From positions 405 to 64,404 of the forward strand of contig CAVFFR010000003.1 of the NCBI GenBank assembly GCA_963621875.1: 64,000 nucleotides of DNA, in the 5' to 3' direction. Made by a program: the position numbers and the translations under genes. This document shows, one piece after another, positions 1 through 10,281 of this stretch; within the stretch, counting starts at the first letter, position 1, and the number at the start of each line of letters is the position of its first letter. The stretch comes from Bacteroidaceae bacterium (GTDB taxonomy: Bacteria > Bacillota > Clostridia > TANB77 > CAG-508). Below the pieces are notes generated by a model. It did no database searches and was not told the DNA's origin. It was given only the letters and a program-made list of their open reading frames with translations.

Positions 1-57
1 AAACAAATAAAAGAAAATATTAAGCAAAACAATAATTTTCACAAATATTTATGGAAT

Positions 58-669
58 GTGATTATCTATAGTATATTAGGATTAATTGCAGAAACTTTAT
101 ATGGATTTGTTATAACAAAAAAAGGATTTATATTAGGGCCTTTGTGCATAATATATGGAATAATAGCTACAATCAGTATTCTTATGCTAAATAAATATAA
201 AGGGCACAAAATAAAACTATTTATTTTAGGAGCAATTTTAGCAACCTCAATGCAATACGCAATAAGCTTTTTACTGGAATGCACATTAGGAGCGACATTA
301 TGGAATTATTCAGAAATAAAATTTAATATAAATGGTAGAGTATCTGTTCTAACATCTGCAATTTGGGGAATACTAACAGTAATTATTATAGACTTTATAC
401 AAAAATGGATTGACAAAATAGTAGATAGAAAAACTAATAAAACTATTAAAATTATTGATGTAATAATAACTGCATTAATTTCAATAGTGATAATATTAAC
501 ATTTTGGGGAATAATAACATACAAAATAAGAATGAAAGAAACATTAGAAGGAAAAAACTATATTAGCAATAACAATATAATAGAAATATTCCAGAACAAA
601 GCATTTTCAAATGAGAACATAGAAAAAGTATTCCCAAATTTAAAAATAACAATCATCTCGAAACAATAA
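58..669 (+). CDS. Polytopic membrane protein (CmpB-like putative ABC-transporter type IV family)
   Basis: 203-aa ORF with several long hydrophobic segments. The N-terminal pattern IYSILGLIAETLYGF...GPLCIIYG recalls the PF06541-type membrane family (from memory, not searched). A hairpin terminator follows. Confidence 0.5.
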   Translation: MIIYSILGLIAETLYGFVITKKGFILGPLCIIYGIIATISILMLNKYKGHKIKLFILGAILATSMQYAISFLLECTLGATLWNYSEIKFNINGRVSVLTSAIWGILTVIIIDFIQKWIDKIVDRKTNKTIKIIDVIITALISIVIILTFWGIITYKIRMKETLEGKNYISNNNIIEIFQNKAFSNENIEKVFPNLKITIISKQ

Positions 670-675
670 AAAATT

Positions 676-716
676 AACTTGCAGACAACAAAACTTGTCA
701 GCAAGTTCGTTTTTTT
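676..716 (+). terminator. Rho-independent terminator after the first membrane-protein gene
   Basis: AACTTGCAGACAA (676-688) pairs with TTGTCAGCAAGTT (695-707) with one mismatch. The loop is CAAAAC, followed by a T7 run (710-716). Confidence 0.6.
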
Positions 717-870
717 ATAAATTTGTTGTAAACTTTCCACACTTGGTGCACAAAATGTTAAGTATTTGTGAAAATTTTGTGAATTACAAAAAAAGTGTTG
801 CAGTAATAATTATATAGTGATAAGATATGACATATAAACTTAGGGAAATAATAGATTGGAGGAAAAACAA

Positions 871-1974
871 GTGATAGAAGTAAAGAACGTCACCAAAAAG
901 TATGGAAAATTTTTAGCAGTTGACAACATCAGTTTTACTGTTAAAGATGGAGAAGTCGTTGGATTTTTAGGCCCAAATGGAGCTGGAAAAAGTACAACAA
1001 TGAATATGATAACAGGCTTTATAGAACCAAACGCCGGAACAATTGTAGTTAATGGCTACGATGTGCTAAAAAAACCAACTCAGGCAAAACAACAAATAGG
1101 ATATATGCCAGAGGGAGTACCACTATATACAGATTTAACTGTAAAAGAATTTGTAACATATATGGCAGAACTAAAAAAAATTAAAAGAAAAGAAAAAAAA
1201 GAAAAAGTAGAAAAAACTCTTAAGGAAACAGGACTTGAAGAAGTTTCTAATAAACTTATCAGAAACTTATCAAGAGGATACAAACAAAGAGTAAGCCTTG
1301 CAGGAGCTTTAGTAGGTGACTCAGAAGTAATAATACTTGACGAGCCAACAGTCGGGTTAGATCCAAAGCAAATTACAGAAATCAGAGAGCTAATAAAAGA
1401 ATTAGGCAAAAAACACACTGTAATATTAAGCTCACATATATTATCAGAAGTAAGTCAAATATGTGAAAGAGTTGTTATTATAAACAAAGGCAGAATAATA
1501 GCAATAGACACACCAGAAAACCTAGAAAAGAAAGTTCAAGAAAAAAATGTAATATTACTAACAGTAGAAGATAAAAACAATTATATGAAAGACATACAAA
1601 AAGACATTACAGATATGCTAGAATGCAAATTAGTAAAAGACAATGAAGACGGAACAAAGCAATATATGATCAAATCAAACGCGGAAATTGACTTGCGTAA
1701 ACAACTATTTGATGTATTGCCTAAAAAAGATGTTACAATATTTGAACTAAAAAAAGCAGAAAAATCATTAGAAGACGCTTTCTTAACATTAGTTGATACA
1801 AGTACAAAAGAAATAAAAGAAAAACAAGAAAAAGAAGCAAAGGAAAAGCAAATACAACAAGAAGAAAAAAAGAAAGCCAAAGAAGCAAAAAAAATAAATA
1901 AACAAGAAAAAAAAGAAGAGAAAAAAACTCCTAAAAAAACAAGCAATAAAAAACAAAAAGGAGGAAACAAATAA
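871..1974 (+). CDS. ABC transporter ATP-binding protein with a Lys/Glu-rich C-terminal tail
   Basis: Walker A GPNGAGKST, ABC signature LSRGYKQRV, Walker B VIILDEPT, H-loop SSHIL. A GGAGG at 858-862 favours GTG 871 over the track start TTG 856. The last ~60 aa are K/E low complexity. Confidence 0.9.
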   Translation: MIEVKNVTKKYGKFLAVDNISFTVKDGEVVGFLGPNGAGKSTTMNMITGFIEPNAGTIVVNGYDVLKKPTQAKQQIGYMPEGVPLYTDLTVKEFVTYMAELKKIKRKEKKEKVEKTLKETGLEEVSNKLIRNLSRGYKQRVSLAGALVGDSEVIILDEPTVGLDPKQITEIRELIKELGKKHTVILSSHILSEVSQICERVVIINKGRIIAIDTPENLEKKVQEKNVILLTVEDKNNYMKDIQKDITDMLECKLVKDNEDGTKQYMIKSNAEIDLRKQLFDVLPKKDVTIFELKKAEKSLEDAFLTLVDTSTKEIKEKQEKEAKEKQIQQEEKKKAKEAKKINKQEKKEEKKTPKKTSNKKQKGGNK

Positions 1975-2657
1975 TGTGGGCAGTAGTAAAAAAAGAATTT
2001 AAATCATATTTTTTAACACCAATAGGATACGTATTTATAGGACTATTTTTAGCACTATTTAGTCTTATATTCTACATAACAACAATAGCTCAAGGAGCGT
2101 CAACATTCCAATATGTATTTGGATATGCGGTAATGTATGGAGTAGTTTTCTTAATGCCACTTTTAACAATGAGAATGTTTTCAGAAGAAAGAAAAAATGG
2201 AACTGAACAACTACTAATAACATCACCAAGAAGTATGATATCAATTACACTTGGAAAATTCTTAGCAGGAATTTTGGTAGTAATTATAGCAGAAGTTTTA
2301 ACACTTATATATTTTGGAATATTATGTGTATTTAAAGTGCCAGACATACCAGTAGTTGCAATATCAATGCTAGGATTTTTATTAATATCAATGGCATATA
2401 TTGCATTTGGAATGTTTATATCAAGCCTTACAGAAAACCAAATAATAGCTGGAGTTATAACAATAGCAGCATTTATATTAACATGGTTAGCACCAACAAT
2501 ATCAGAAAATCTAAGCATAATCTCATTAATGGACAAATTCTATCCATTCGTATCAGGAGTATTTCCAATAACAGAAACAATTCAATTAGTGACAATAACA
2601 GTAATGTTTGTAGCATTAACAATGGTTGTTATGAAAAGAAGAAAGCTTGTAAAATAA
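1974..2657 (+). CDS. ABC-2 type transporter permease
   Basis: 227 aa with about 6 hydrophobic helices. The start overlaps the ATPase stop (TAATG), which implies translational coupling. Confidence 0.8.
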   Translation: MWAVVKKEFKSYFLTPIGYVFIGLFLALFSLIFYITTIAQGASTFQYVFGYAVMYGVVFLMPLLTMRMFSEERKNGTEQLLITSPRSMISITLGKFLAGILVVIIAEVLTLIYFGILCVFKVPDIPVVAISMLGFLLISMAYIAFGMFISSLTENQIIAGVITIAAFILTWLAPTISENLSIISLMDKFYPFVSGVFPITETIQLVTITVMFVALTMVVMKRRKLVK

Positions 2658-2669
2658 GGAGGGATTAGA

Positions 2670-4136
2670 GTGAAAAAAAATACAGATAACACAATAAAAA
2701 AAGGAAAATATTTAAGAAGTTTATCAATAACAATTACAATAATGCTATTGATAGTTGCTGGATGTATAGGAATAAACATAGTATTAGACAAAATAAAAAT
2801 TTCTGATATAGACTTAACAAAAGAAAAACTATACTCACTTTCTCAAGAGTCGAAAGATAAAATAGCAAGTGTATCAAAAGACACAAAAATAATATTATAT
2901 AATATGGACGATTACTCAACAGTCGAAACATTTGCAGAATTATACAATAAAGAAAATTCGCATATCACATATGAAAAATTAACAGATGCTTCTCAAAGAC
3001 CAGACTTAGAAATGAAATATGGAATTGGATATGGAGTAGAAAACCTAATCATAGTAGAAAATGACGAAAGAGCAAAAGCTGTTACAACTAGTGACTTATA
3101 TACAACAGACTATAGCACTTACGAAAGTATAGACACAACAGAACAAGCATTAACAAATGCAATATTAGATGTAAACCTAGAAGAAAATCCAAATGTTTAC
3201 TTTGTAACAAACCACATTAGATATGCTAGTGCATATGATACAGCTAAGGAATTATTAAAAAACGAAGCAAACAAAGTTCAAGATGTAGATTTATTAGTAG
3301 AAGGTAAAGTTCCAGACGACTGCAAAGTATTAGTTATAACCACACTAAAAGAAGATTTTACCGAATATGAAAGAGAACTAATTACAACATACATAGAAAA
3401 TGGCGGAAATGTAATGATTATGACAGAGCCAAACTATAGAAAAATAGATTTAACAAATTTTAACGCAATACTAAGCTTATATGGAGCTTCTGTATCAGAT
3501 GGCGTAATATTTGAAACAGATTCTAGCAGAGTAATTAATGGCTATCCAAACTTTATAATACCTGATGTAAGTTCATCAATGGAAATAACCAAATACATAT
3601 CATCTGATGGAGCAGTTGCCTTAATGAACTGTGGCAAAATCACAACAAAATCTTTTGACGAATTAACTGATATAGGAGTGGTAAAAAATGATATTATAAC
3701 AACCACTGATGGAACATTTTTAAGAAATGATATGTCTTCAACTTCAGCTAGTAGAATAGACTCTGATGAAGATGCTGACAACAGTGCAGTTGCAACAGTA
3801 CTTACTAAATATTTTGGAGCAGAAAAAACATCAAGTTTAGTACTATTCTCAAGTGACTTCTTCGCAAGTGACTTATATGTAGTACTAAATGGAAGCCAAG
3901 GAACTGCACAAAAAACAGGAATATCATTCTATAACAACAAAGACTTAGTTATTAATTCAGTATCATACCTAACAGAAAGAACAGACAATATAACAATCAG
4001 AAAAGATACGGGAGTTACTCTATATACAGCAACAGAGCAACAAGACAAAATAATAAAAACAATAATAACAGTATTACCAATTGCAATAGTATTAACAGGA
4101 ATAATAATATGGCAAAAACGTAAAAGACAAAAATAG
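2670..4136 (+). CDS. GldG-like auxiliary component of the ABC-2 exporter (N- and C-terminal TM anchors, large extracytoplasmic domain)
   Basis: 488 aa with a GTG start 7 nt after GGAGGG. There is one TM at each end (ITIMLLIVAGCIGINIVL; TVLPIAIVLTGIIIW). Its position directly after the ABC ATPase and permease matches the GldA/F/G-type trio architecture. Confidence 0.65.
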   Translation: MKKNTDNTIKKGKYLRSLSITITIMLLIVAGCIGINIVLDKIKISDIDLTKEKLYSLSQESKDKIASVSKDTKIILYNMDDYSTVETFAELYNKENSHITYEKLTDASQRPDLEMKYGIGYGVENLIIVENDERAKAVTTSDLYTTDYSTYESIDTTEQALTNAILDVNLEENPNVYFVTNHIRYASAYDTAKELLKNEANKVQDVDLLVEGKVPDDCKVLVITTLKEDFTEYERELITTYIENGGNVMIMTEPNYRKIDLTNFNAILSLYGASVSDGVIFETDSSRVINGYPNFIIPDVSSSMEITKYISSDGAVALMNCGKITTKSFDELTDIGVVKNDIITTTDGTFLRNDMSSTSASRIDSDEDADNSAVATVLTKYFGAEKTSSLVLFSSDFFASDLYVVLNGSQGTAQKTGISFYNNKDLVINSVSYLTERTDNITIRKDTGVTLYTATEQQDKIIKTIITVLPIAIVLTGIIIWQKRKRQK

Positions 4137-4150
4137 GTAATAAAATATAA

Positions 4151-4181
4151 ACCCTCTCATAAAGTGTTATGAGGGGGTTTT
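4151..4181 (+). terminator. Strong hairpin terminator whose 3' arm is also the RBS of the next gene
   Basis: An 11-bp stem pairs CCCTCTCATAA (4152-4162) with TTATGAGGGGG (4167-4177). The loop is 4 nt, followed by TTTT and then ATG at 4182. Confidence 0.7.
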
Positions 4182-5213
4182 ATGAAAAATAATATAAAAG
4201 CTATTTCAGTAATAATAGGCACAATGATAGGAGCTGGATTTGCTTCAGGAAAAGAAGTATACATATTTTTTGCACAGTATAAAACAATAGGGCTAATGGG
4301 AGCAGTAATATCATCTGTAATAACAGCAATAGTAATATATGCAACATTGAAAATAAGTAAACACTACAAATTAAAAAGCAATAATAATTTTTTGGATACT
4401 ATATCCAAAAAAGAAAATATTACTACCACCATAAAAAGCACAATAAATACATTTTTACTAGTTTCGTTTTGGATAATGTGTGCTGGTCTATGTTCATTTT
4501 TTAAACAAGAATTCAATATACCAATATTTATAACATCAGCAATAAGTGGATGTACAATTTATATACTCCTAATGACAAACATAGAAGGAATAATGAGACT
4601 AAACACGCTAATAGTACCAATAATGATATTAGCAATAATCTATATAAGTATCATAAATAGCCAACCAATACAAATATTAAAAACAACAAACATAACAAAT
4701 GCTAGTGCAATAAAAGCAATTATAAAATCAATATTATATACCAGTTACAATAGTATCTTACTAATTCCAATAATAGTTTCTATTAGTAAAGACATAAAAG
4801 ACAAAGATATAAAATTTATAGCAATAATATCATCACTAATAATACTTATATTACTAATACTAATATACCAAATGCTAATATGCTCTAAAACTGATATATC
4901 AAAAACAGAAATGCCAATATTAACAATACTAGAAAAAGAAACCTTACAAAAAAGCATTTATGGAATAGCTATAGTTTCAGCAATAATAACCTCTGTCGTT
5001 TCTGCAAGTTACGGAGCATTAGAAAATATAAAAGATAAAAATAAATACAAACTATCAGCAATTGCAATATGTTTATTAGAAATACCAATTTCATATATTG
5101 GCTTTGGCAATTTAGTTTCAACTTTATACCCAATATTTGGAGCAATTGGAATAACACAGATTATATTAACACTAAAAACTTCAAATAGTATTGCAAAAAC
5201 TGTTAAAAACTGA
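4182..5213 (+). CDS. YkvI-like polytopic membrane protein / putative transporter
   Basis: 343 aa with about 10 hydrophobic segments. The N-terminal IGTMIGAGFASGKEVYIFF matches the remembered YkvI-family signature (IGTVVGAGFATGrEi..FF). Confidence 0.65.
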   Translation: MKNNIKAISVIIGTMIGAGFASGKEVYIFFAQYKTIGLMGAVISSVITAIVIYATLKISKHYKLKSNNNFLDTISKKENITTTIKSTINTFLLVSFWIMCAGLCSFFKQEFNIPIFITSAISGCTIYILLMTNIEGIMRLNTLIVPIMILAIIYISIINSQPIQILKTTNITNASAIKAIIKSILYTSYNSILLIPIIVSISKDIKDKDIKFIAIISSLIILILLILIYQMLICSKTDISKTEMPILTILEKETLQKSIYGIAIVSAIITSVVSASYGALENIKDKNKYKLSAIAICLLEIPISYIGFGNLVSTLYPIFGAIGITQIILTLKTSNSIAKTVKN

Positions 5214-5255
5214 TATAAATTATTATAGATTTTGTATAAAAGTCAGGAGAAAAAA

Positions 5256-6506
5256 ATGAAATCCAAAAAAAATAATCAAAAGAAAGAAAATATAAACTTG
5301 CTGTATTTTAACAAAAACGAAACAAAAACAATAAATAAAAAAAGAATCCTTGGGATTGTAATGTTAGCTATAATAATATTAGCTATAACAATTTTGTATA
5401 TAGTATATGCAAACAATGAAGACTTTAGAAAATTTGCTGACGAAAATATACTAAAAAAAGATATAGCAGAAAACGATTTAAAAACCATAGAAATATCAGA
5501 CTACGAAAAACTAAACATATTTTCATACTATAAATATATAGCAATCTTAAAAGAAAACACACTAGAGACATACAACTATAATGGAAAAAAAGAGTCTGAA
5601 CTAAAAATAGAAATAAGCAAACCGATTATAGCAAGCAATGGAAAATATGTGCTTATAGCAGAACAAGACTCACAAAAAGTTTATATGATTTCTGACAATG
5701 TTATAAAATGGGTAAAAGAACTTGAAGGGAACATATCAAGAATAAGTGTTAATGCAAATGGCTATTCATCAATAATAGTATCTGGAACATCATATAAATC
5801 TGTAATAATAGTATTAGATGATGCAGGCAATGAACTCTTCAGAAACTACTTATCAGACACAATAGCAGTTGACTCTGGAATATCAGACGACAATAAATAT
5901 ATAAGTTATGCAGAAGTAAACACAAGTGGAACATTAATCCAGTCAAACATAAAAGTAATATCAATAGAAAAAGCAAAACAAAAAAATTCTAATATTCAAA
6001 AAGGGCAAGACGCCTCTGATTCTATAGTATATACTTATAACGCTCCTGCAGACAGTTTAATATTAAACATTAAATATCAAGATAGAACGAAACTAGTTTG
6101 TATGTATGATGATTCAATACATATTATAAAAGATAACACAGACAAAGAAATAGCAAAAATAGATGACAAAGAAGAAAAAACAACCTTTGAAAGCATAAAC
6201 TCAAACAACTACATTATAAAAAATGTAGAGGAAAGTAAAGGACTTCTAAACACAAATACAACACTAAAAATAATTAATACAAATTCACTAAAAGAAAATA
6301 TATATAATTTTGTGGGAGTCACAAAAGAACTATATAGTTGTGGAGACAAAATCGCTTTAAACTTAGGCTCAGAAATACATTTTGTTGACACAAACGGTTG
6401 GTTAATAAAAAAATATACTTCAAGCCAAGAAATAAGAAAAATAGTAATGTCCAACGAATTGGCAGGAATAGTATATAGAAATAAAATAGAAATAGTAAAA
6501 TTTTAA
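5256..6506 (+). CDS. Membrane-anchored hypothetical protein (basic N-terminus, one TM, large repeat-like extracellular domain)
   Basis: The ORF is uninterrupted. AGGAGA at 5244-5249 favours ATG 5256 over the track start 5232. The single TM is ILGIVMLAIIILAITILYIVY. No catalytic motif was recognised. Confidence 0.6.
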   Translation: MKSKKNNQKKENINLLYFNKNETKTINKKRILGIVMLAIIILAITILYIVYANNEDFRKFADENILKKDIAENDLKTIEISDYEKLNIFSYYKYIAILKENTLETYNYNGKKESELKIEISKPIIASNGKYVLIAEQDSQKVYMISDNVIKWVKELEGNISRISVNANGYSSIIVSGTSYKSVIIVLDDAGNELFRNYLSDTIAVDSGISDDNKYISYAEVNTSGTLIQSNIKVISIEKAKQKNSNIQKGQDASDSIVYTYNAPADSLILNIKYQDRTKLVCMYDDSIHIIKDNTDKEIAKIDDKEEKTTFESINSNNYIIKNVEESKGLLNTNTTLKIINTNSLKENIYNFVGVTKELYSCGDKIALNLGSEIHFVDTNGWLIKKYTSSQEIRKIVMSNELAGIVYRNKIEIVKF

Positions 6507-6518
6507 GGAGAAAATAGT

Positions 6519-7163
6519 ATGGGAGTAATTACTGATTTAATCTTAATAGCCATAGTAATGGTATTTATAATAATTGGTTATGTAAAAGGGCTAACAGGAA
6601 GCTTAATCAAACTAGCTTCGTTCGTAATAGCCGTAATATTAGCATTAATATTATACAAACCTTTGTCAAATGTAGTTATGCAAAAAACACAAATAGACGA
6701 AAAAATAGAAGAAGCAATAGTACAAAATTTTAGCAAAACAGAAAATCAGAATGAAGAAAATATGCCTACCACATTAGTAGAGAGCATAAATAATAAAATT
6801 GAAAAAGAAACTACAGAAACAAGAAATGAAATTGTAGAAAAAACAGCAAAAAGCACTACATTAACAATTATGAAAGTAGGAACAGCAATTGCTATTTACA
6901 TAGTGGCAAGACTTATATTATTCATAGTAGCAGTACTTGCCAAAGGAATTACACAACTACCACTAATTAAAGAAGCTGATAAAGCAGGTGGAATTGCATA
7001 TGGATTAGTACAAGGAATAGTAATGGTATATGTACTATTAGGTATAGTTTCTTTAACAAGCGTAGTATGGGCAAACAATCCACTTGTAGAAGCTATAAGC
7101 CAATCATATATAGGATTAATATTATACAACAATAACATAATATTAAAATTAATATTTAAATAG
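6519..7163 (+). CDS. CvpA family membrane protein
   Basis: 214 aa. The N-terminus DLILIAIVMVFIIIGYVKGL..LIKLASFVIAVILALILYKPLS is typical of CvpA (colicin V production) family proteins. There are 4 hydrophobic segments. Confidence 0.7.
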   Translation: MGVITDLILIAIVMVFIIIGYVKGLTGSLIKLASFVIAVILALILYKPLSNVVMQKTQIDEKIEEAIVQNFSKTENQNEENMPTTLVESINNKIEKETTETRNEIVEKTAKSTTLTIMKVGTAIAIYIVARLILFIVAVLAKGITQLPLIKEADKAGGIAYGLVQGIVMVYVLLGIVSLTSVVWANNPLVEAISQSYIGLILYNNNIILKLIFK

Positions 7164-7211
7164 TGTTGATATTTCATAGAGTATCTGATATACTTTATGC
7201 CATAAAGATTT

Positions 7212-8318
7212 ATGGGGGTAAAGCAATTGAGAAGTGATAAAAAGACTAAAGACAAAGTAAAGGCAAAACATTCTAAAGTAGAAGAAAAGCCAAAAAAAGT
7301 AGAGAAGCCTAAAAAAACAAAGAAAAAAGTATCAGCTACCATTATAACAAAAAGAATAGTAGTAACAATACTATGTATGTTACTAATTGCAAGTGGATCA
7401 TACGTAGGATATGGACTATACAATAAAAAACAAAGTGGAATAGCACTATCATCAGCACTACTTGCAACATTACTTGGAGAAAGCTCAGAAACAATAAAAA
7501 ATCTACAACCAATACAAGTATTAATAATGGGAATAAGCGGAGTAGATGACTACAAATTGGCAGACACAATAATGGTTGCTTCATATAATCCAAAAACACA
7601 AGAAGCGTCAATTATGTCTATACCAAGAGACACATATGTAGGAAAAAAAGACAGAAAAACAGCTACTCAAAACTATATAGCAAGTAATAAAATAAATACA
7701 GTATTTAGAAATGGAACAAAAATACCAGATGCTTTAGATAGAATTAACGATCTAACAGGGCTAAACCTAGAAAACTATGTAATAATAGACACAGAAGCAT
7801 TAATAAAATTAGTTGATGCAATAGGTGGAGTTACATTTAATGTCCCAATAGATATGTATTACACAGATGATATTGAACAAAATCTATACATAGACCTAAA
7901 AGCAGGAGAACAATTAATAGATGGAGCAAAAGCAGAGCAACTACTACGCTTTAGACACAATAATGATGGCTCAACATATCCTTCAAGTTATGGACAACAA
8001 GACCTAGGAAGAATGAGAACACAAAGAGAATTTATAATTGCAACATTAAAACAAACTCTAAAGATACAAAACATATTTAAGCTAAAACAAATAATAGATA
8101 TAATGAATGAAAATGTAACTACAAATATGGATTTAACAGAATTAAAATCTTATGTATCTGTAGCAGTTGAATTTAATCCAGACAACATAAAAACAGATAT
8201 GGTGCCAGGAACAACAGAAATGTGTAATGGTGTATCAATATATGTTGCAAACCAAAAAAAGACTCAAGAAATAGTTAAAGAGTTATTCCCAGAAACAGAA
8301 ACAGAAAACGAAAATTAA
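7212..8318 (+). CDS. LCP (LytR-CpsA-Psr) family cell-wall polymer ligase
   Basis: Lys-rich cytoplasmic N-terminus and one TM. LCP-type core motifs are present: QVLIMGISGVD...DTIMVASYNP...SIMSIPRDTYV...LLRFRHNN. Confidence 0.85.
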   Translation: MGVKQLRSDKKTKDKVKAKHSKVEEKPKKVEKPKKTKKKVSATIITKRIVVTILCMLLIASGSYVGYGLYNKKQSGIALSSALLATLLGESSETIKNLQPIQVLIMGISGVDDYKLADTIMVASYNPKTQEASIMSIPRDTYVGKKDRKTATQNYIASNKINTVFRNGTKIPDALDRINDLTGLNLENYVIIDTEALIKLVDAIGGVTFNVPIDMYYTDDIEQNLYIDLKAGEQLIDGAKAEQLLRFRHNNDGSTYPSSYGQQDLGRMRTQREFIIATLKQTLKIQNIFKLKQIIDIMNENVTTNMDLTELKSYVSVAVEFNPDNIKTDMVPGTTEMCNGVSIYVANQKKTQEIVKELFPETETENEN

Positions 8319-8329
8319 CAAATAAAAAA

Positions 8330-8361
8330 ATAGGGGTTACAAATAAATACCCTATTTTTTT
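8330..8361. terminator. Bidirectional hairpin between the convergent LCP and carboxypeptidase genes
   Basis: ATAGGG (8330-8335) pairs with CCCTAT (8350-8355), followed by a T-run to 8361. It overlaps the stop codon of the minus-strand gene. Confidence 0.45.
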
Positions 8362-9605
8362 GTGCGTTTTTTAAACTTCAAAAACTTTGCAAATAATATT
8401 AATGCCATAATCAAAATAGCAAGCTCCATAGCAGTTTTTAACAAATTGTTACTATAAACAGTATGAGAGGCAATTAAATTACAAGAATAATTAACCCCAT
8501 CAATATCATACGAAATACTACCTAAAATAGTGCCTTCTGATATTGGTGCAAACAAACCATCAGTAAGTTTTATATTTGGCGTTACACTCGAAATATCAAA
8601 TCCATCAGGAACCAATACAGACAAATCTTCAGAATATAGCAAATCTAACGAAGATGTTTCTGAAGTTGCATTAACAACATTAATAGTGTGTCCTACATCA
8701 CCTTTGTTAGCAATAGAAACAATAGAAAAATTATTAAATCCATATTCAAACAATGTTTTACAATCAATAGGACGCTGGTTAATATTATCATCTGTAAAGC
8801 CATCATTTAAAACCACAGCAATAAGAGAAAGATTATCTTTAGTAGCAGTAGCAACAATACAATGTCCTGCAGGAACAGTATATCCTGTTTTAGCCCCTGT
8901 TGCATACTCATAATAATAATTCCTTGGCGAACTAGAATAATTAGGTTTTAATAATTCATTTGTAGTATTAAAAATACGATCTTCTTTATCATATTTGTTA
9001 GTAATTGGTAAAGAATAGCGTGTCTTAGAAACAATACTTTTAAAAGTTGAAAGTTGCATTGCATACTTACCAATAATAGCTAAATCATAAGCTGTAGAAT
9101 AATGATTTTCGTCGTGAATTCCATTAGGATTTACAAAATGAGTGTTCTTACAACCAATTTCAGTAGCCTTAGTATTCATCATTTCACTAAAAGACTCAAC
9201 AGAGCCGGCAATATGCTCTGCAAGTACAACTGCAGCGTCATTAGCTGAAGGAATTAATAAAACATTCAACAATTGATCAATAGTTAATTCTTCACCCTCA
9301 ACAAGGCTGGCAGTAGAATAACCACTAGGAATTGAAAAAACAGCATTATGGCTAACTGTTGCAACATCAGATAAATCACAATTTTCTATTGTAAGTATTG
9401 CTGTCATTATTTTTGTTGTACTAGCTGGATACATAACAGAATTAGCATTTTTACTATATAAAATTTTTCCAGAGCTTTCTTCCATTAACAAGCAAGAAGG
9501 GGAATAAGTTTCTGGAACACTATTTGCAGACACGCAAATAAAGCTACACATAAAAACAATTAAAGTTAATAAAAAAATTTTACGCAATTTACAAAAATAA
9601 TTCAT
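8352..9605 (-). CDS. D-alanyl-D-alanine carboxypeptidase (PBP5/DacB-DacF-like, S11 family)
   Basis: Signal peptide, then SxxK (ASTTK), SxN (IPSANDAA) and KTG (AKTGYT) motifs in the correct order, plus a C-terminal amphipathic/TM anchor. Confidence 0.9.
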   Translation of the reverse strand: MNYFCKLRKIFLLTLIVFMCSFICVSANSVPETYSPSCLLMEESSGKILYSKNANSVMYPASTTKIMTAILTIENCDLSDVATVSHNAVFSIPSGYSTASLVEGEELTIDQLLNVLLIPSANDAAVVLAEHIAGSVESFSEMMNTKATEIGCKNTHFVNPNGIHDENHYSTAYDLAIIGKYAMQLSTFKSIVSKTRYSLPITNKYDKEDRIFNTTNELLKPNYSSSPRNYYYEYATGAKTGYTVPAGHCIVATATKDNLSLIAVVLNDGFTDDNINQRPIDCKTLFEYGFNNFSIVSIANKGDVGHTINVVNATSETSSLDLLYSEDLSVLVPDGFDISSVTPNIKLTDGLFAPISEGTILGSISYDIDGVNYSCNLIASHTVYSNNLLKTAMELAILIMALILFAKFLKFKKRTKK

Positions 9606-9686
9606 TTAAAGCTCCTCTACAAAATGTATATACATCATATATTAAAATGCAAAAAAATTCAATATTAAAACGAAAGGAAGTAAACT

Positions 9687-10277
9687 ATGCAAAACATAAG
9701 TACAAAAATGAAAATAGTAATAGTAGCAATTTCAATTATTATAATTGCTACTATAGGATTATACATATTTAAACAAACACAAGAAAACGAGATAAATTAT
9801 TACTACGAAGCAGAAGAAAACATAGAAACAGAAGATAATAACAAAAATAAAATTACAATACATATAACTGGAGAAGTAAACAATCCAGGAATTGTAATAC
9901 TTGATGAAGGGGCAAGAATAGTAGACGCTCTAGAAGCGGCGGGAGGAGAAACAACTAATGCAGATATAAATAAACTAAACTTGGCATATGTACTAGAAGA
10001 CGGAGAAAAACTCTATATACCAGGCAAGAATGAAGAAGAAAAAGAATATATAACACAAGGCAATGGAGAACAAACAGAAACAGCAAAAGTCAACATTAAT
10101 ACAGCACAAATAGAAGAACTATCCACTCTACCAGGAATAGGAGAAGCCACAGCAAACAAAATAATTGAATATCGTAAAGAAAACGGTAAATTTGAAAAAA
10201 TAGAAGATATAAAAAATGTTGCAGGAATTGGAGACAGTAAATTCCAAAACATAAAAGAAATGTTAAAAGTAAAATAA
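9687..10277 (+). CDS. comEA: ComEA family DNA-binding competence protein
   Basis: N-terminal TM, an SLBB-like segment (ITIHITGEVNNPGIVILDEGARIVDALEAAGG), and a C-terminal tandem helix-hairpin-helix (LSTLPGIGEATANKII...IKNVAGIGDSKF). Confidence 0.85.
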   Translation: MQNISTKMKIVIVAISIIIIATIGLYIFKQTQENEINYYYEAEENIETEDNNKNKITIHITGEVNNPGIVILDEGARIVDALEAAGGETTNADINKLNLAYVLEDGEKLYIPGKNEEEKEYITQGNGEQTETAKVNINTAQIEELSTLPGIGEATANKIIEYRKENGKFEKIEDIKNVAGIGDSKFQNIKEMLKVK

Positions 10278-10281
10278 CCAA

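Noticed and set aside
6896-7423. 175-aa minus-strand ORF spanning the cvpA 3' end, the intergenic region and the LCP gene 5' end.
   Set aside because: It crosses a + strand intergenic region that has its own start signals and overlaps two well-supported genes. No motif was found.
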